The notes beneath the pieces were generated by a model. The model did no database searches and was not told the origin of the DNA. It was given only the letters and a program-made list of their open reading frames with translations. DNA of 60,592 nt, taken from the NCBI GenBank assembly GCA_026985435.1, contig JALSQL010000012.1, forward strand, positions 1-60,592, written 5' to 3'. Shown here in pieces: positions 1 to 8,927 of the stretch; the first letter of the stretch is position 1, and every line of letters starts with the position of its first letter. A program made the translations under genes and the position numbers. The stretch is from Acidilobaceae archaeon (GTDB lineage Archaea; Thermoproteota; Thermoprotei_A; Sulfolobales; Acidilobaceae).

Positions 1-44
1 TGTATCTAATAATTTTCTAAACATTGTGTATCACCTGTATCACC

Positions 45-1427
45 TTACTTCTCACGCTTCAACCTCTCAGCCTCTTCGATGGCCTCAATCTGCGCCTTGA
101 TGTACTCCTCCGGATCGAAGGGCTTAACCCTCTTCTCAGCATAGACCTTCCAGTAGATGTATGTGACCGCAAGGTATCCTATGGTGAACCATACATACTT
201 GATATCACCGCCAAACTGCGGTATATATGCCAGGAGCAACACCATTATAGCCCCGGCAAGCGATATCAGCGGTATCGCCGGGTACCCCTTGTACTTCCAT
301 ATCCTCAGCAGCTGCGGATACTTCTTTCTCAGCATATAGCCTGCGAGAGCCAGTATCACATAATCTATGTCCCAGGCTATAGTTGCTATGTACACAAACG
401 CCCAGTACCAGCCTGTGGCTGCGACGAAGTAGCTGAATACAGCGGCTAGCACGAGGGACCATACCGGCACCCTAGTCTTGGGGTGGACGTACGCGAACGC
501 CTTCGGTAGGTAGCCATCCTTAGCCATCCCGTAGAACAGCCTTGAAGCACCATAAAGGTTACCCATTAGCACGTCAGTAGCTGATGCCAACCACGCGGCT
601 AGAGCTATTAGGAATACACCCACCGGTCCCATTATCTCCTTCATCCCAATGACGAACGGTGTCTGGACAGGAGTCTCAGCGTTGCTTACACCCTCAAACG
701 CCGATGAGGGAACAACGCCGGTTAGCACGAGAATGGCAACCGCGTACATTACAATTATAAATATAGTCGACGCTATCATAGCCCTGGGCATATCCCTGAT
801 ATCCTTGGCCTCCTCCGCAGCTGTTGCTACGAGCAATGGGCCTACGTAGGCGTACATGGCAGCTATGATCGCTCCCCCTAGGGCGGAAGCTGTTATGGGA
901 GGGTAGGTGTGCCAGTTAGCCGGGTTTATCTTGAAAAGCCCCGCTATGTTGAACAGCCAGATTATCGAGATAAGGCCTATGGTTAGGGCTAGCTGCAGGT
1001 TGCCGCTAAACTCTACCCCCAGCAGATTTATGATTAGGAACAATGTAACAAAGAAGACGCCCCAAATCCTTGCATCAATGCTAGGCAGGAAATAGTGCGT
1101 CAATATACCCAGGGCGAACGCCTCGGCGCAGGTGGCCCACGCAAAAGCGTAACCGAACCCCATTAGGAAACCAGCGTACCCGCCTAGGGTGCTCCTCGCC
1201 CACAGCTCTAGGGACGCCGCCTTTGGCATTGCCACCGCAAACTCGGCCCCTATTATCATCCATAGCAGGAAGAATATGCCGCCGACTATCACCGCGATAT
1301 CTATCATCGGCCCGGAGGCCGCGAAGCTAGATAGTGCTATGAATATGCCGCTACCCAGCACCGCCCCCGACGATACTGCGAAAAGATGCCAAAAGCCTAG
1401 CTTCCTGGCAAGTTTCACCTCAGCCAA
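45..1427 (-). CDS. APC-superfamily amino acid/polyamine permease
   Basis: 460-aa ORF made almost entirely of TM-length hydrophobic segments. N-terminal KLGFWHLFAVSSGAVLGSGIFIAL resembles the TM1 GSG region of APC transporters. Sample lines hand-count to ~45-50% GC, far below the rest of the window. Confidence 0.8.
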   Translation of the reverse strand: MAEVKLARKLGFWHLFAVSSGAVLGSGIFIALSSFAASGPMIDIAVIVGGIFFLLWMIIGAEFAVAMPKAASLELWARSTLGGYAGFLMGFGYAFAWATCAEAFALGILTHYFLPSIDARIWGVFFVTLFLIINLLGVEFSGNLQLALTIGLISIIWLFNIAGLFKINPANWHTYPPITASALGGAIIAAMYAYVGPLLVATAAEEAKDIRDMPRAMIASTIFIIVMYAVAILVLTGVVPSSAFEGVSNAETPVQTPFVIGMKEIMGPVGVFLIALAAWLASATDVLMGNLYGASRLFYGMAKDGYLPKAFAYVHPKTRVPVWSLVLAAVFSYFVAATGWYWAFVYIATIAWDIDYVILALAGYMLRKKYPQLLRIWKYKGYPAIPLISLAGAIMVLLLAYIPQFGGDIKYVWFTIGYLAVTYIYWKVYAEKRVKPFDPEEYIKAQIEAIEEAERLKREK

Positions 1428-1571
1428 TTCCCACCACCAGCTCCTAGCCCAATTAATACCATCGTGGAATTATATTAGGAGTGCTATAAAAATATTGTGT
1501 TAATGGTGAACATATACTTAAATTATATTGATATATTAATATAAACTTTTAAAACACTATTTTCTTGGTGG
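1428..1571. promoter_or_regulatory. AT-rich divergent intergenic/promoter region
   Basis: 144 bp of roughly 25% GC between the divergent permease and AMMECR1 genes. Several TATA-like boxes (ctataaaaata, ttaatataaac, cttttaaaac). 9-bp direct repeat aattatatt at 1468-1476 and 1521-1529. Confidence 0.5.
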
Positions 1572-2309
1572 ATGATTGTGCGACACATTAACCCTCGCAG
1601 CATCAATCCGGAGGGGGGAACTGCAATGAGCCACCCGGAAACCGGGCATGTTGACCCCGATGAGGTTACCCACGAGGAGGGCGCGCTGCTCGTTCGCCTG
1701 GCGAGGGAGAGTGTGGAGCACTGGTTCCGGGAGAGGAGGCGCATGAGCCTCCCCCCGGGGCTTCCCGAGAGGCTCCTCAGGCCGGGCGCCGCCTTTGTCA
1801 CGATCGAGAGGTACCTGGAGGGTGGCCGTAGGGAGCTGCGGGGGTGCATAGGCTACGTTAGGCCCGTCAAGAGCCTCGCCGAGACTGTGGTGGAGGTCGC
1901 CCTGGAGAGCGCCTTCCGCGACCCGCGGTTCAGGCCCCTGGAGGAGTGGGAGCTCGACCACGTGACGTTCGAGGTCTCCGTCCTCTCGCCGCTCGAGGAG
2001 GCCCCCAGGGACCCCGACGGCAGGCTCTCCTTCGTCCGGGTCGGGAGGGACGGCCTCGTCGTTGAGAGGGGGTTCTTCAGCGGGCTCCTCCTACCCGTGG
2101 TGCCAGTGGAGTACCTCTGGGACGAGGAGACCTTCCTAGGCGAGACGTGCATCAAGGCCGGCCTCTGGCCCGACTGCTGGCTCGACCCGGAGACCAGGGT
2201 TTACCGCTACCGAGCCAGGGCCTGGAGGGAGTCGAGGCCCCGCGGCCCCGTCGAGTATAGGGACCTCAGGCGGGAGCTCGAGGAGGCCCTGCGCCGCTAC
2301 AGCCCCTAG
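1572..2309 (+). CDS. AMMECR1-domain protein
   Basis: 245-aa ORF with the family signature LRGCIGYV and the typical ~200-aa length. The true start may be the ATG at 1626 (MSHPETG...). Confidence 0.8.
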   Translation: MIVRHINPRSINPEGGTAMSHPETGHVDPDEVTHEEGALLVRLARESVEHWFRERRRMSLPPGLPERLLRPGAAFVTIERYLEGGRRELRGCIGYVRPVKSLAETVVEVALESAFRDPRFRPLEEWELDHVTFEVSVLSPLEEAPRDPDGRLSFVRVGRDGLVVERGFFSGLLLPVVPVEYLWDEETFLGETCIKAGLWPDCWLDPETRVYRYRARAWRESRPRGPVEYRDLRRELEEALRRYSP

Positions 2310-2375
2310 GGCCAGTGCTTTGAGTGGCGCCAGCTTTTTACCGCCCCCACCCGGCGGGGTTCTGGGGAGCCCCTA

Positions 2376-2576
2376 GTGGTGTCGAGCCAGGCTGCCAGCG
2401 GCCTGAGGGGTAGGGTGCGCCACTACTGGGACATGTGGAAGAGGATACTCCAGCTCAGCAGGAGGCCGGACGAGGAGGAGTTCAACCTCCTCCTCAAACT
2501 GAACCTCCTGGGCTTCACCATAGTGGGCGGGATAGCCTACATCATCCACCTGGTGCACGTCCTGGTGGTGAGGTAG
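2376..2576 (+). CDS. secE: Preprotein translocase SecE / Sec61-gamma
   Basis: 66-aa protein with a basic N-terminal half and a single C-terminal TM (LLGFTIVGGIAYIIHLVHVLVV). Sits immediately upstream of spt5-rpl11, the conserved archaeal order. Confidence 0.75.
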   Translation: MVSSQAASGLRGRVRHYWDMWKRILQLSRRPDEEEFNLLLKLNLLGFTIVGGIAYIIHLVHVLVVR

Positions 2577-2578
2577 CC

Positions 2579-3079
2579 TTGTCCGGGGAGGGGGGCCAGC
2601 AGCGCGAGGAGCCCGCCGGGGGAGGCCCGGGGACCAGGTTCTTCGCCCTCTCGGTGACTGGCGGCACCGAGGAGAGGGTGGCGCTCCTGCTGGCGGAGAG
2701 GGCTAGGAGCCTCGGCCTGAGCGTTAAGAGCATAGTGGTCCCAGCGGGCCTGAAGGGCTACGTGATCGTCGAGGTCTCCAGGGTCTCCGACCTCTACCAT
2801 ATAATCAGGGGTATAAGGCACGTGAAGAGGAGGAGGCCCCTCCCCGTTAAGCCGGAGGAGATAGAGTCCATAGTGAAGCCGCGCATAGAGGTGCCGAAGC
2901 TCCAGCCGGGCGACATCGTGGAGATAGTCGCGGGCCCATTCAAGGGCCTGACCGGCAAGGTCGTCGAGGTGGACGAGGCCAAGAACCAGGTGGAGGTCAG
3001 CCTGCTCGAGCTGGAGTTCAAGAACGTCGTGACCATACCCATAGACCAGGTTAGGCCCCTCCGGGAGGAGTCGTACTAG
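2579..3079 (+). CDS. spt5: Transcription elongation factor Spt5 (NusG homologue)
   Basis: NGN domain (FFALSVTGGTEERVALLL...GYVIVEV) followed by a KOW motif (GDIVEIVAGPFKGLTGKVVEV). The only in-frame start after the secE stop is TTG at 2579. The track ORF from 2435 overlaps secE and is probably too long. Confidence 0.85.
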   Translation: MSGEGGQQREEPAGGGPGTRFFALSVTGGTEERVALLLAERARSLGLSVKSIVVPAGLKGYVIVEVSRVSDLYHIIRGIRHVKRRRPLPVKPEEIESIVKPRIEVPKLQPGDIVEIVAGPFKGLTGKVVEVDEAKNQVEVSLLELEFKNVVTIPIDQVRPLREESY

Positions 3080-3141
3080 CGCCACGCGGCTAGCCCGCAA
3101 CTTATAATCCCGCCCGCCGGGCGGGCGGTGGCTGGGTGCGC

Positions 3142-3663
3142 ATGGTGGCACAGGAGAAGGTTATCTCCATACAGATAGAGGGTGGCAAGGCGAGGCCGGG
3201 GCCCCCGCTGGGCCCCACCCTGAGCGCCCTCGGCCTCAACGTTAAGCAGGTTGTGGATGAGATCAACAAGCTGACCAAGGCCTACGAGGGCCTCACCATC
3301 CCCGTTAAGATCATAGTTGACACGAAGACCAAGAAGTACCGGATCGAGGTCGGCATACCCACCACGACCGCCCTCCTCCTCAAGGCCGTCGGGGCCAAGG
3401 AGCCGAGCGGCGACCCGATGCACCAGAAGATAGGGGACCTGCCCTTCGAGAAGATAGTGGAGATAGCGCTCCAGAAGAAGCCCCAGCTGCTAGCGAAGAC
3501 CCTGAAGGCGGCCGTCAAGACGATCCTCGGATCGGCCAGGAGCATAGGGATAACCGTCGACGGCAAGGACGCCAAGGAGGTTACGAGGCTCGTGGACGAG
3601 GGCTACTACGACGCCGTTCTAGCGAAGTACGAGGAGGAGTGGGAGAAGGAGGAGGAAGCCTAG
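3142..3663 (+). CDS. rpl11: 50S ribosomal protein L11 (uL11)
   Basis: [42 protein letters not shown] is the canonical L11 N-terminal domain. ATG at 3142 is preferred over GTG at 3136. Confidence 0.95.
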   Translation: MVAQEKVISIQIEGGKARPGPPLGPTLSALGLNVKQVVDEINKLTKAYEGLTIPVKIIVDTKTKKYRIEVGIPTTTALLLKAVGAKEPSGDPMHQKIGDLPFEKIVEIALQKKPQLLAKTLKAAVKTILGSARSIGITVDGKDAKEVTRLVDEGYYDAVLAKYEEEWEKEEEA

Positions 3664-3671
3664 CGCGCACC

Positions 3672-3776
3672 TTTAAAAGCCCCGGCCCCTCCCACCCGCA
3701 GCCGACTCCACCCCCGACCGGGTGGAGGAGGGCCCCCTAGACCCGGTAGGGGCCCGCTAGGCGGAGGTGCTCGCCG
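3672..3776 (+). promoter_or_regulatory. rpl1-rplP0 promoter and structured 5' leader
   Basis: TATA-like tttaaaa at 3672-3678. Perfect 7-bp stem gggcccc/ggggccc (3730-3736 / 3749-3755) with a 12-nt loop. SD-like ggaggtg at 3763-3769, 7 nt before the TTG start at 3777. Confidence 0.35.
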
Positions 3777-4427
3777 TTGAGCGTGGCTGTGGCCGAGAGG
3801 GAGGCCCTGCTGGGCGCTGTGGAGAGGGCGCTCCGGCTGGGTAAGAAGAGGAGGTTCAAGCAGAGCGTCGACCTGATCGTTGTTTTGAAGGATGTGGACC
3901 CCAAGAGCCCCGAGGGGAGGCTGAGGGAGATAGTCTTCCTGCCGCACAGGCCCAGGAAGGAGCCGAGGATATGCGTGGTGGCCGAGGGGGACATGGCCAT
4001 TAAGGCGAGGGAGCTCGGCGTCCCGGTCTACGGTAGGAGCGACCTGCAGGAGATGAGGGGCAACAGGAAGCTCGCCAAGAAGGTTGCGCAGCAGTGCGAC
4101 TGGGTTCTCATACGCGTCGACCTGATGGGGCTGGCCGGCGGCGTTCTGGGGCCCGCCCTCGGGCCCAGGGGTAAGGCCCCCACGCCAGTGCCGCCCAACG
4201 CTGACATAGCCCAGCTCGTCGAGAGGTACAAGAGCGCTGTTTGGGTGAGGACCAGGAACCAGCCCCAGGTTATGTGCAGGGTCGGCACCGAGGACATGAG
4301 CCCCGAGGAGATAGCCGATAACATTGAGTCCGTGCTGAACGTTATCGCCAGCAAGCTCGGCAGGCAGAAGATCGGCAAGGTGCTCGTGAAGAAGACTATG
4401 GGCATACCCGTCCAGGTGCCCCTGTAG
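3777..4427 (+). CDS. rpl1: 50S ribosomal protein L1 (uL1)
   Basis: 216 aa. L1-like N-terminus (KKRRFKQSVDLIVVLKDVDPK) and position between L11 and P0. Confidence 0.9.
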   Translation: MSVAVAEREALLGAVERALRLGKKRRFKQSVDLIVVLKDVDPKSPEGRLREIVFLPHRPRKEPRICVVAEGDMAIKARELGVPVYGRSDLQEMRGNRKLAKKVAQQCDWVLIRVDLMGLAGGVLGPALGPRGKAPTPVPPNADIAQLVERYKSAVWVRTRNQPQVMCRVGTEDMSPEEIADNIESVLNVIASKLGRQKIGKVLVKKTMGIPVQVPL

Positions 4428-4432
4428 CCGGG

Positions 4433-5473
4433 GTGTTGGAGGTGTCCGTGATAGTCAGGCGTGGGAGGAGTGAGGAGGAGATCCCCGAGTGGAAGAAGAG
4501 GGTTGTAGCGGAGCTGGCCGAGCTGTTCCGCAAGTACCCGGTGATCGGCATAGCCGACCTCACGGGGATGCCGACAGCGCAGCTGCAGAAGATACGCAAG
4601 AAGTTCAGGAGGAACGTGTACTTCAAGGTTGCAAAGAAGAGGCTCATACTCCGCGCCATCGAGAGGGCGGGGCTCGAGAAGGAGAAGTTCGAGTCCTACC
4701 TGCAGGGCAGCATAATGCTGCTATTCACCGATATGAACCCGTTCAGGCTGGCCCGGATGATAGAGTCCGAGAAGATACCGGTATCCGCCAAGCCGGGCCA
4801 GGTGGCTGACAGGGAGATAGTGATCCCCGAGGGCGACACCGGCCTCCAGCCCGGCCCCATACTCAGCACGTTCGGCAAGCTGAGGATCCCCTACGAGATA
4901 AGGAAGGGCACGATATACGTTAAGAAGGACACCGTCGTGGCCAAGCCGGGCGACGTTATAAGCGCCGACCTGGCCGGGCTCCTGCAGAACCTCGGAATAC
5001 AGCCGTTCGAGGTTAGCCTGAAGATAGTGGCGGTCTACGATAGGGGCGTCATCATACCCAGGGACGAGCTGTTCGTAGACCTCGATGCTTTCAAGGCCGA
5101 CGTTGCCGAGGCCGCTAAGGCAGCCATACTGGCGGCGGCGGAGCTGGGCCTCCTCTTCGTCCCGGAGGCCCTGGAGATAGCCCTAACCAAGGCGGCAGCC
5201 GAGGCGAGGAGCGTGATAGCCGAGGCCGCAATACTAACCCCCGACACGGCCGAGGAGGCGATAGCGGGCGCCCTAGCCAGGGAGGCCGCCCTGATCGCCG
5301 CACTGGGCGACAAGGCCGCGGAGCTAGGCCTGGAGGCCCCCGTGGCCGCGGCGGCCCCAGCGGCGCCCGCGGAGGAGGCCGGGGAGGAGGAGTCCAAGGA
5401 GGAAGAGGAGAAGGAGGAGGAAGAGGGGGAGGTCGACATCGGGGAGGGCCTGGGCGGCCTCTTCGGCTTCTAG
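4433..5473 (+). CDS. rplP0: 50S ribosomal stalk protein P0 (uL10)
   Basis: 346 aa. IPEWKKRVVAELAELF N-terminus, Ala-rich hinge and the acidic stalk tail EEEKEEEEGEVDIGEGLGGLFGF. Confidence 0.95.
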   Translation: MLEVSVIVRRGRSEEEIPEWKKRVVAELAELFRKYPVIGIADLTGMPTAQLQKIRKKFRRNVYFKVAKKRLILRAIERAGLEKEKFESYLQGSIMLLFTDMNPFRLARMIESEKIPVSAKPGQVADREIVIPEGDTGLQPGPILSTFGKLRIPYEIRKGTIYVKKDTVVAKPGDVISADLAGLLQNLGIQPFEVSLKIVAVYDRGVIIPRDELFVDLDAFKADVAEAAKAAILAAAELGLLFVPEALEIALTKAAAEARSVIAEAAILTPDTAEEAIAGALAREAALIAALGDKAAELGLEAPVAAAAPAAPAEEAGEEESKEEEEKEEEEGEVDIGEGLGGLFGF

Positions 5474-6114
5474 CCCTCCCCCGGCCCCCACCCCGCCCCG
5501 TAGCTGGTTCCTCCCCTCCGCTTTCCAGCCTCGAGCACCGCTATGAGGAGGCCCTGCGGTGTGGGCGCTATGCCGCTCCTCCATGGCCCCCGGGAGACGG
5601 CGTGGAAGAAGCTCTCGGGCGGCCTGGGGAAGTAGGCGTTGTGGAACAGGGCGACCCCGCCGGGCTTCAGCTTGTACTCCAGCAGCTCCAGGGCCTTGGG
5701 GTACTCGTACTTCTCTATGTCGACGAATGCTAGGTCCACGCTCCTGTTGGGGATGCCCTCGAGGAACGCTATGGCGTCGCCCGCGACCCAGCGTATCCTC
5801 ACCCTCCTCAGGCCGGCCCGCGCCGTCGCCTCTTCTCCGGCGCTCGCGAGCCTCGCGTTCGCCTCGACCGCCGTGACCCTGCAGGAGGCTGTCTGGGGGC
5901 AGGCGTCCTCCAGGCCAGCCGCTATCCAGAGCGTCGAGTACCCTATCCCCGCGCCCAGGTCCAGGGCCTCAACGCTGCCCGAGGCCCTCCCGGCGACCGA
6001 CACGGCGATCGAGTAGAGTATCAGCCCGTCCTCCGGGTCTATGCTGGGTATACCGAGCGAGCGGCTCCTAGCGCCGATCTCCTCCAGAGTCTCCCAGTAC
6101 TGGTCGTAGACCAT
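5470..6114 (-). CDS. SAM-dependent O-methyltransferase (class I, COG4122-like)
   Basis: 214 aa. SAM motif I ALDLGAGIGYSTLWIA and the acidic FVDIEK post-motif typical of family-3 O-methyltransferases. Confidence 0.7.
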   Translation of the reverse strand: MVYDQYWETLEEIGARSRSLGIPSIDPEDGLILYSIAVSVAGRASGSVEALDLGAGIGYSTLWIAAGLEDACPQTASCRVTAVEANARLASAGEEATARAGLRRVRIRWVAGDAIAFLEGIPNRSVDLAFVDIEKYEYPKALELLEYKLKPGGVALFHNAYFPRPPESFFHAVSRGPWRSGIAPTPQGLLIAVLEAGKRRGGTSYGAGWGPGEG

Positions 6115-6215
6115 GCTAGCACCCAGACTGTAACGCGCGGCGGGGACTTTAACGCCGTATACAAGCCGCCCCCGGCGCGATTAAGGCCCCGGCCCGAGGC
6201 GGCCCGCGGCTGGGG

Positions 6216-7076
6216 GTGTGCGGGTTGGCGGGCGGGCTCTCCGGGCTGACTCTCGCCGTGATAGGCGCTGGCAGGATAGGCCAGTCCATAGTGAGGGCCG
6301 CGCGGGGCTGCGTGGCCCGGGTCGTGGCGACCGGCAGGCGGCGCGAGACGCTCGAGGCCGTCGAGCGCCTGGGGGCTGAGGCCACTAGGGACAACAGGCT
6401 CGCCGCCAGGGAGGCCGACGTTGTGGTGGTAAGCGTCAAGCCCCACCACTTCGCCGCCGTCGCGGGGGAGCTCCGGGGCGCCGTTGGGGGCAAGGTTGTG
6501 GCCTCGGTCGTCGCGGGGGTGCGCCTCGCCACCATAAGGAAGGCGCTTCCGGGCGCCCTCGCTCATAGGGCGATGCCCAACATTAACGCCCTAATAGCGA
6601 GGAGCACCACCGCCCTGGCGCTCTCCGACGGCGAGTCCAGGCCTCCGGGCTGGGAGGTTGTGGAGGCCCTATTCGGGTGCCTGGGGAGCGTGTACTGGAT
6701 ACCCGAGGAGTGGATGGACACCTGGACGGCCCTGGTTGGCAGCGGGCCCGCCTTCCTCGCGGAGATCGTGGACGCCCTGGTCCTGGGCGCCGTCAGCATG
6801 GGGATGCCCCGCGACCTCGCCTACAGGGCCCTCCTGGACGCCGTCAAGGCGACGGCCGAGCACCTCGAGAGGAGGCCCACACACCCGCTCCAGCTCCGCG
6901 ACGAGGTCACCACCCCGGCCGGGACAACGATACACGGCCTCATGAGGCTCGAGAGCGAGGGCGTCAAGGCCGGCCTCATGAAGGTCATAGAGGCGTCCAC
7001 GAGGCGCGGCAGGGAGCTGGGTGCACTCATAGACTCCGCCGTCCGGAGGAGCATCGAGTCCTCCCGGCCCGGCTAG
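6216..7076 (+). CDS. proC: Pyrroline-5-carboxylate reductase
   Basis: Rossmann VIGAGRIGQSI, SVKPHHF, RAMPNINALI, GSGPAFLAEIVDAL and VTTPAGTTIHGL are all ProC hallmarks. The exact start is uncertain. Confidence 0.85.
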   Translation: MCGLAGGLSGLTLAVIGAGRIGQSIVRAARGCVARVVATGRRRETLEAVERLGAEATRDNRLAAREADVVVVSVKPHHFAAVAGELRGAVGGKVVASVVAGVRLATIRKALPGALAHRAMPNINALIARSTTALALSDGESRPPGWEVVEALFGCLGSVYWIPEEWMDTWTALVGSGPAFLAEIVDALVLGAVSMGMPRDLAYRALLDAVKATAEHLERRPTHPLQLRDEVTTPAGTTIHGLMRLESEGVKAGLMKVIEASTRRGRELGALIDSAVRRSIESSRPG

Positions 7077-8212
7077 GAGACGGGCTCCCAGAGGAGGCCC
7101 AGCTCGCCGGCGAGCCTCCTGGCCTCCTCCACCTCGCGGGGCTCCGGCCTCCTGGCTATCTCGGGCCACCTGCCCGGGTGCCTGGCTGCCAGGTGCATGG
7201 GCCTGTACTGCCCCATAACGTTGACCAGGACCCTGTCCCTTGGGAGGTTCCTGGAGATCCACTCGAGCACCGGCCTCGTGCAGCAGTCCAGGTGGCCCGG
7301 CAGGACCAGGTGGCGTATTATCATGTCGCCGTGCTCCACGGCCACCCTAAGGTTCCTGGTGACGACCTCCCAGTACCTAGGCACGGCGCTCAGCCGGGCG
7401 GCGCACCGGTTGTTGCCGTACTTGAAGTCCGGCAGCCAGATGTCTATGACGTCCACGAGCAGCTCCATGGCCTCCCTGCTCATGTAGAAGTTGCTGTTCC
7501 ACAGCTGGGGGACGCTCGACTCCACGTATAGGAGGCTCTCCATTATGACGTGCAGGCTCGGGGTGGGGTCGCCGCCCACGTGGTTTATGTTCCTCGCCCC
7601 CCGCCTCGCCAGGGCGTCCTGTATGGCGGCCAGCCTCCTAGCGCTAACCCTAACCCCCCGCCTGGGGGCGGTCTGGCTCACGTCGTAGTTCTGGCAGTAG
7701 ACGCACGTGAAGTTGCAGCCCCCGTAGAATATGGTACCGCTGGGGACCAGCGGGGCCTCCTCGCCTAGGTGGAGGAAGGCGCTGTGAACGTAGACGTCCC
7801 AGGCGAGCCTGCAGGCACCCAGCCTCCCGGAGGCCCTGCTGACCATGCACCTCCTCTCGCACAGCCTGCAGGGGCTCGCGAGCCTCCTGGCGAGCTCGGC
7901 CTTGGCGTGGAGCAGGCTCACCCTGGGGGCGGGCATCTCCAGGTGCTCCCCCGAGCCCTCCCTCACCCTCCTCCAGAGGGCCCGGAACTCCCGGGCGGCC
8001 CTCCCGTGGGCGGCCCACAGGTCGGCCTCGCTGGCAGAGGCCAGCTCGCCGGGCCTGTCGAAGCCGGGTAGCTCGACCAGCCTGGCCAGCTTGAACTTGG
8101 CCGGCCTCCTGCCCGTCATCACGGCTAGGTACCAGGATAGCCTCCTCCGGACCTCGGGGTCCCCCCAGACCCTCAGGGCGTCGGGCCTAACCAGGGCCCA
8201 GTGGCCCCACAA
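7073..8212 (-). CDS. Radical SAM protein (PflX-like activating-enzyme family)
   Basis: 379 aa with the CxxxCxxC cluster motif in GGCNFTCVYCQNYDVS. Confidence 0.8.
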   Translation of the reverse strand: MWGHWALVRPDALRVWGDPEVRRRLSWYLAVMTGRRPAKFKLARLVELPGFDRPGELASASEADLWAAHGRAAREFRALWRRVREGSGEHLEMPAPRVSLLHAKAELARRLASPCRLCERRCMVSRASGRLGACRLAWDVYVHSAFLHLGEEAPLVPSGTIFYGGCNFTCVYCQNYDVSQTAPRRGVRVSARRLAAIQDALARRGARNINHVGGDPTPSLHVIMESLLYVESSVPQLWNSNFYMSREAMELLVDVIDIWLPDFKYGNNRCAARLSAVPRYWEVVTRNLRVAVEHGDMIIRHLVLPGHLDCCTRPVLEWISRNLPRDRVLVNVMGQYRPMHLAARHPGRWPEIARRPEPREVEEARRLAGELGLLWEPVS

Positions 8213-8242
8213 GAGGGCCGCACCCCCGGCCTCCCAGCGGGC

Positions 8243-8920
8243 CTAGCGGCCTTCTACTATCCTCCTAACAGCCGCGGCCACCTCGCCGCTCAGGAGCCTC
8301 GAGGGTACGCGCCTCCCCACGTACCTGGCCTCGATAGGGCCGCTGGCGTACATGGCCTCGCTCACGACGCCGGAGAACTCCGCGGGCGGCAGCAGCGCCG
8401 CCGCCCTGGCCTCGCCGGGGCGTATTGACTGGATGTTGGTCACTATAGTGAAGGCCGCGGCGCCCGCGGAGGCCCTGGTAACCATGAGCCTCGTGCCCGC
8501 CAGCGGCTCCACCCTGACTACCTCCACCCCTACAACGTCGACGGCCCACTCCGGCCTGTTCTCCTCCCCCAGCCTTATCCTGGCTGGGAGCCCGTAGAGT
8601 ATGAGGAGGGCCCAGCGTATCTCGGCGAACGCCAGCTCCTGGCCCGGGGTGAGCCTGGGCTTCTGCTCGGGCAGCAGCATCTCCCGGAGCCTCGAGGCCG
8701 CCTGGGAGACCCACCTGACCTCCTCGCTCTCGGCCAGCATCTCGGCGGGGAGGAAGCTGTACCTGGCCCTTAGGAGCCTCTTCCTCGCCTCCTCGACCAG
8801 CGCTAGCGCCTCCTGCCTCCTAACCGGCCAGGGGAGCCCCCACTGTCGTAGCCTCCGCTCGAGCATCGCCACAGCGTGGAGGGCCATGCCGAGCCTGTAG
8901 TCCCTGGCCGTGTCGACCAT
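8243..8920 (-). CDS. Hypothetical protein with C-terminal tRNA-binding-like OB domain
   Basis: The C-terminal ~100 aa (VVGVEVVRVEPLAGTRLMVTRASAGAAAFTIVTNIQSIRPGEARAAALLPPAEFSGVVSEAMY) follows the Trbp111/CsaA/MetRS-C pattern. The N-terminal ~115 aa is helical and unrecognised. Confidence 0.4.
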   Translation of the reverse strand: MVDTARDYRLGMALHAVAMLERRLRQWGLPWPVRRQEALALVEEARKRLLRARYSFLPAEMLAESEEVRWVSQAASRLREMLLPEQKPRLTPGQELAFAEIRWALLILYGLPARIRLGEENRPEWAVDVVGVEVVRVEPLAGTRLMVTRASAGAAAFTIVTNIQSIRPGEARAAALLPPAEFSGVVSEAMYASGPIEARYVGRRVPSRLLSGEVAAAVRRIVEGR

Positions 8921-8927
8921 CCCAGCG

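Noticed and set aside
1428-1571. Extreme AT-rich spacer as a replication origin / DNA unwinding element
   Set aside because: There is no cdc6/orc1 gene nearby and no origin-recognition-box-like inverted repeats. At 144 bp, with TATA-like boxes, it fits a divergent promoter.
3101-3125. GC hairpin (cgcccg-ccggg-cgggcg) before rpl11 as a regulatory element
   Set aside because: The stem is short in a very GC-rich context and sits between a TATA-like acttataat and the start codon. There is not enough evidence to separate it from chance.
5035-5439. 134-aa Ser/Ala-rich ORF antisense to the P0 tail
   Set aside because: It is the mirror image of the Ala/Glu-rich hinge and acidic tail of P0, a low-complexity artefact.
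6669-7531. Long overlapping ORFs (197 aa on the minus strand, 284 aa on the plus strand) across the proC / radical SAM genes
   Set aside because: Their Arg/Pro/Gly-rich, low-complexity translations are typical of shadow frames in very GC-rich DNA. They overlap genes with clear family motifs.
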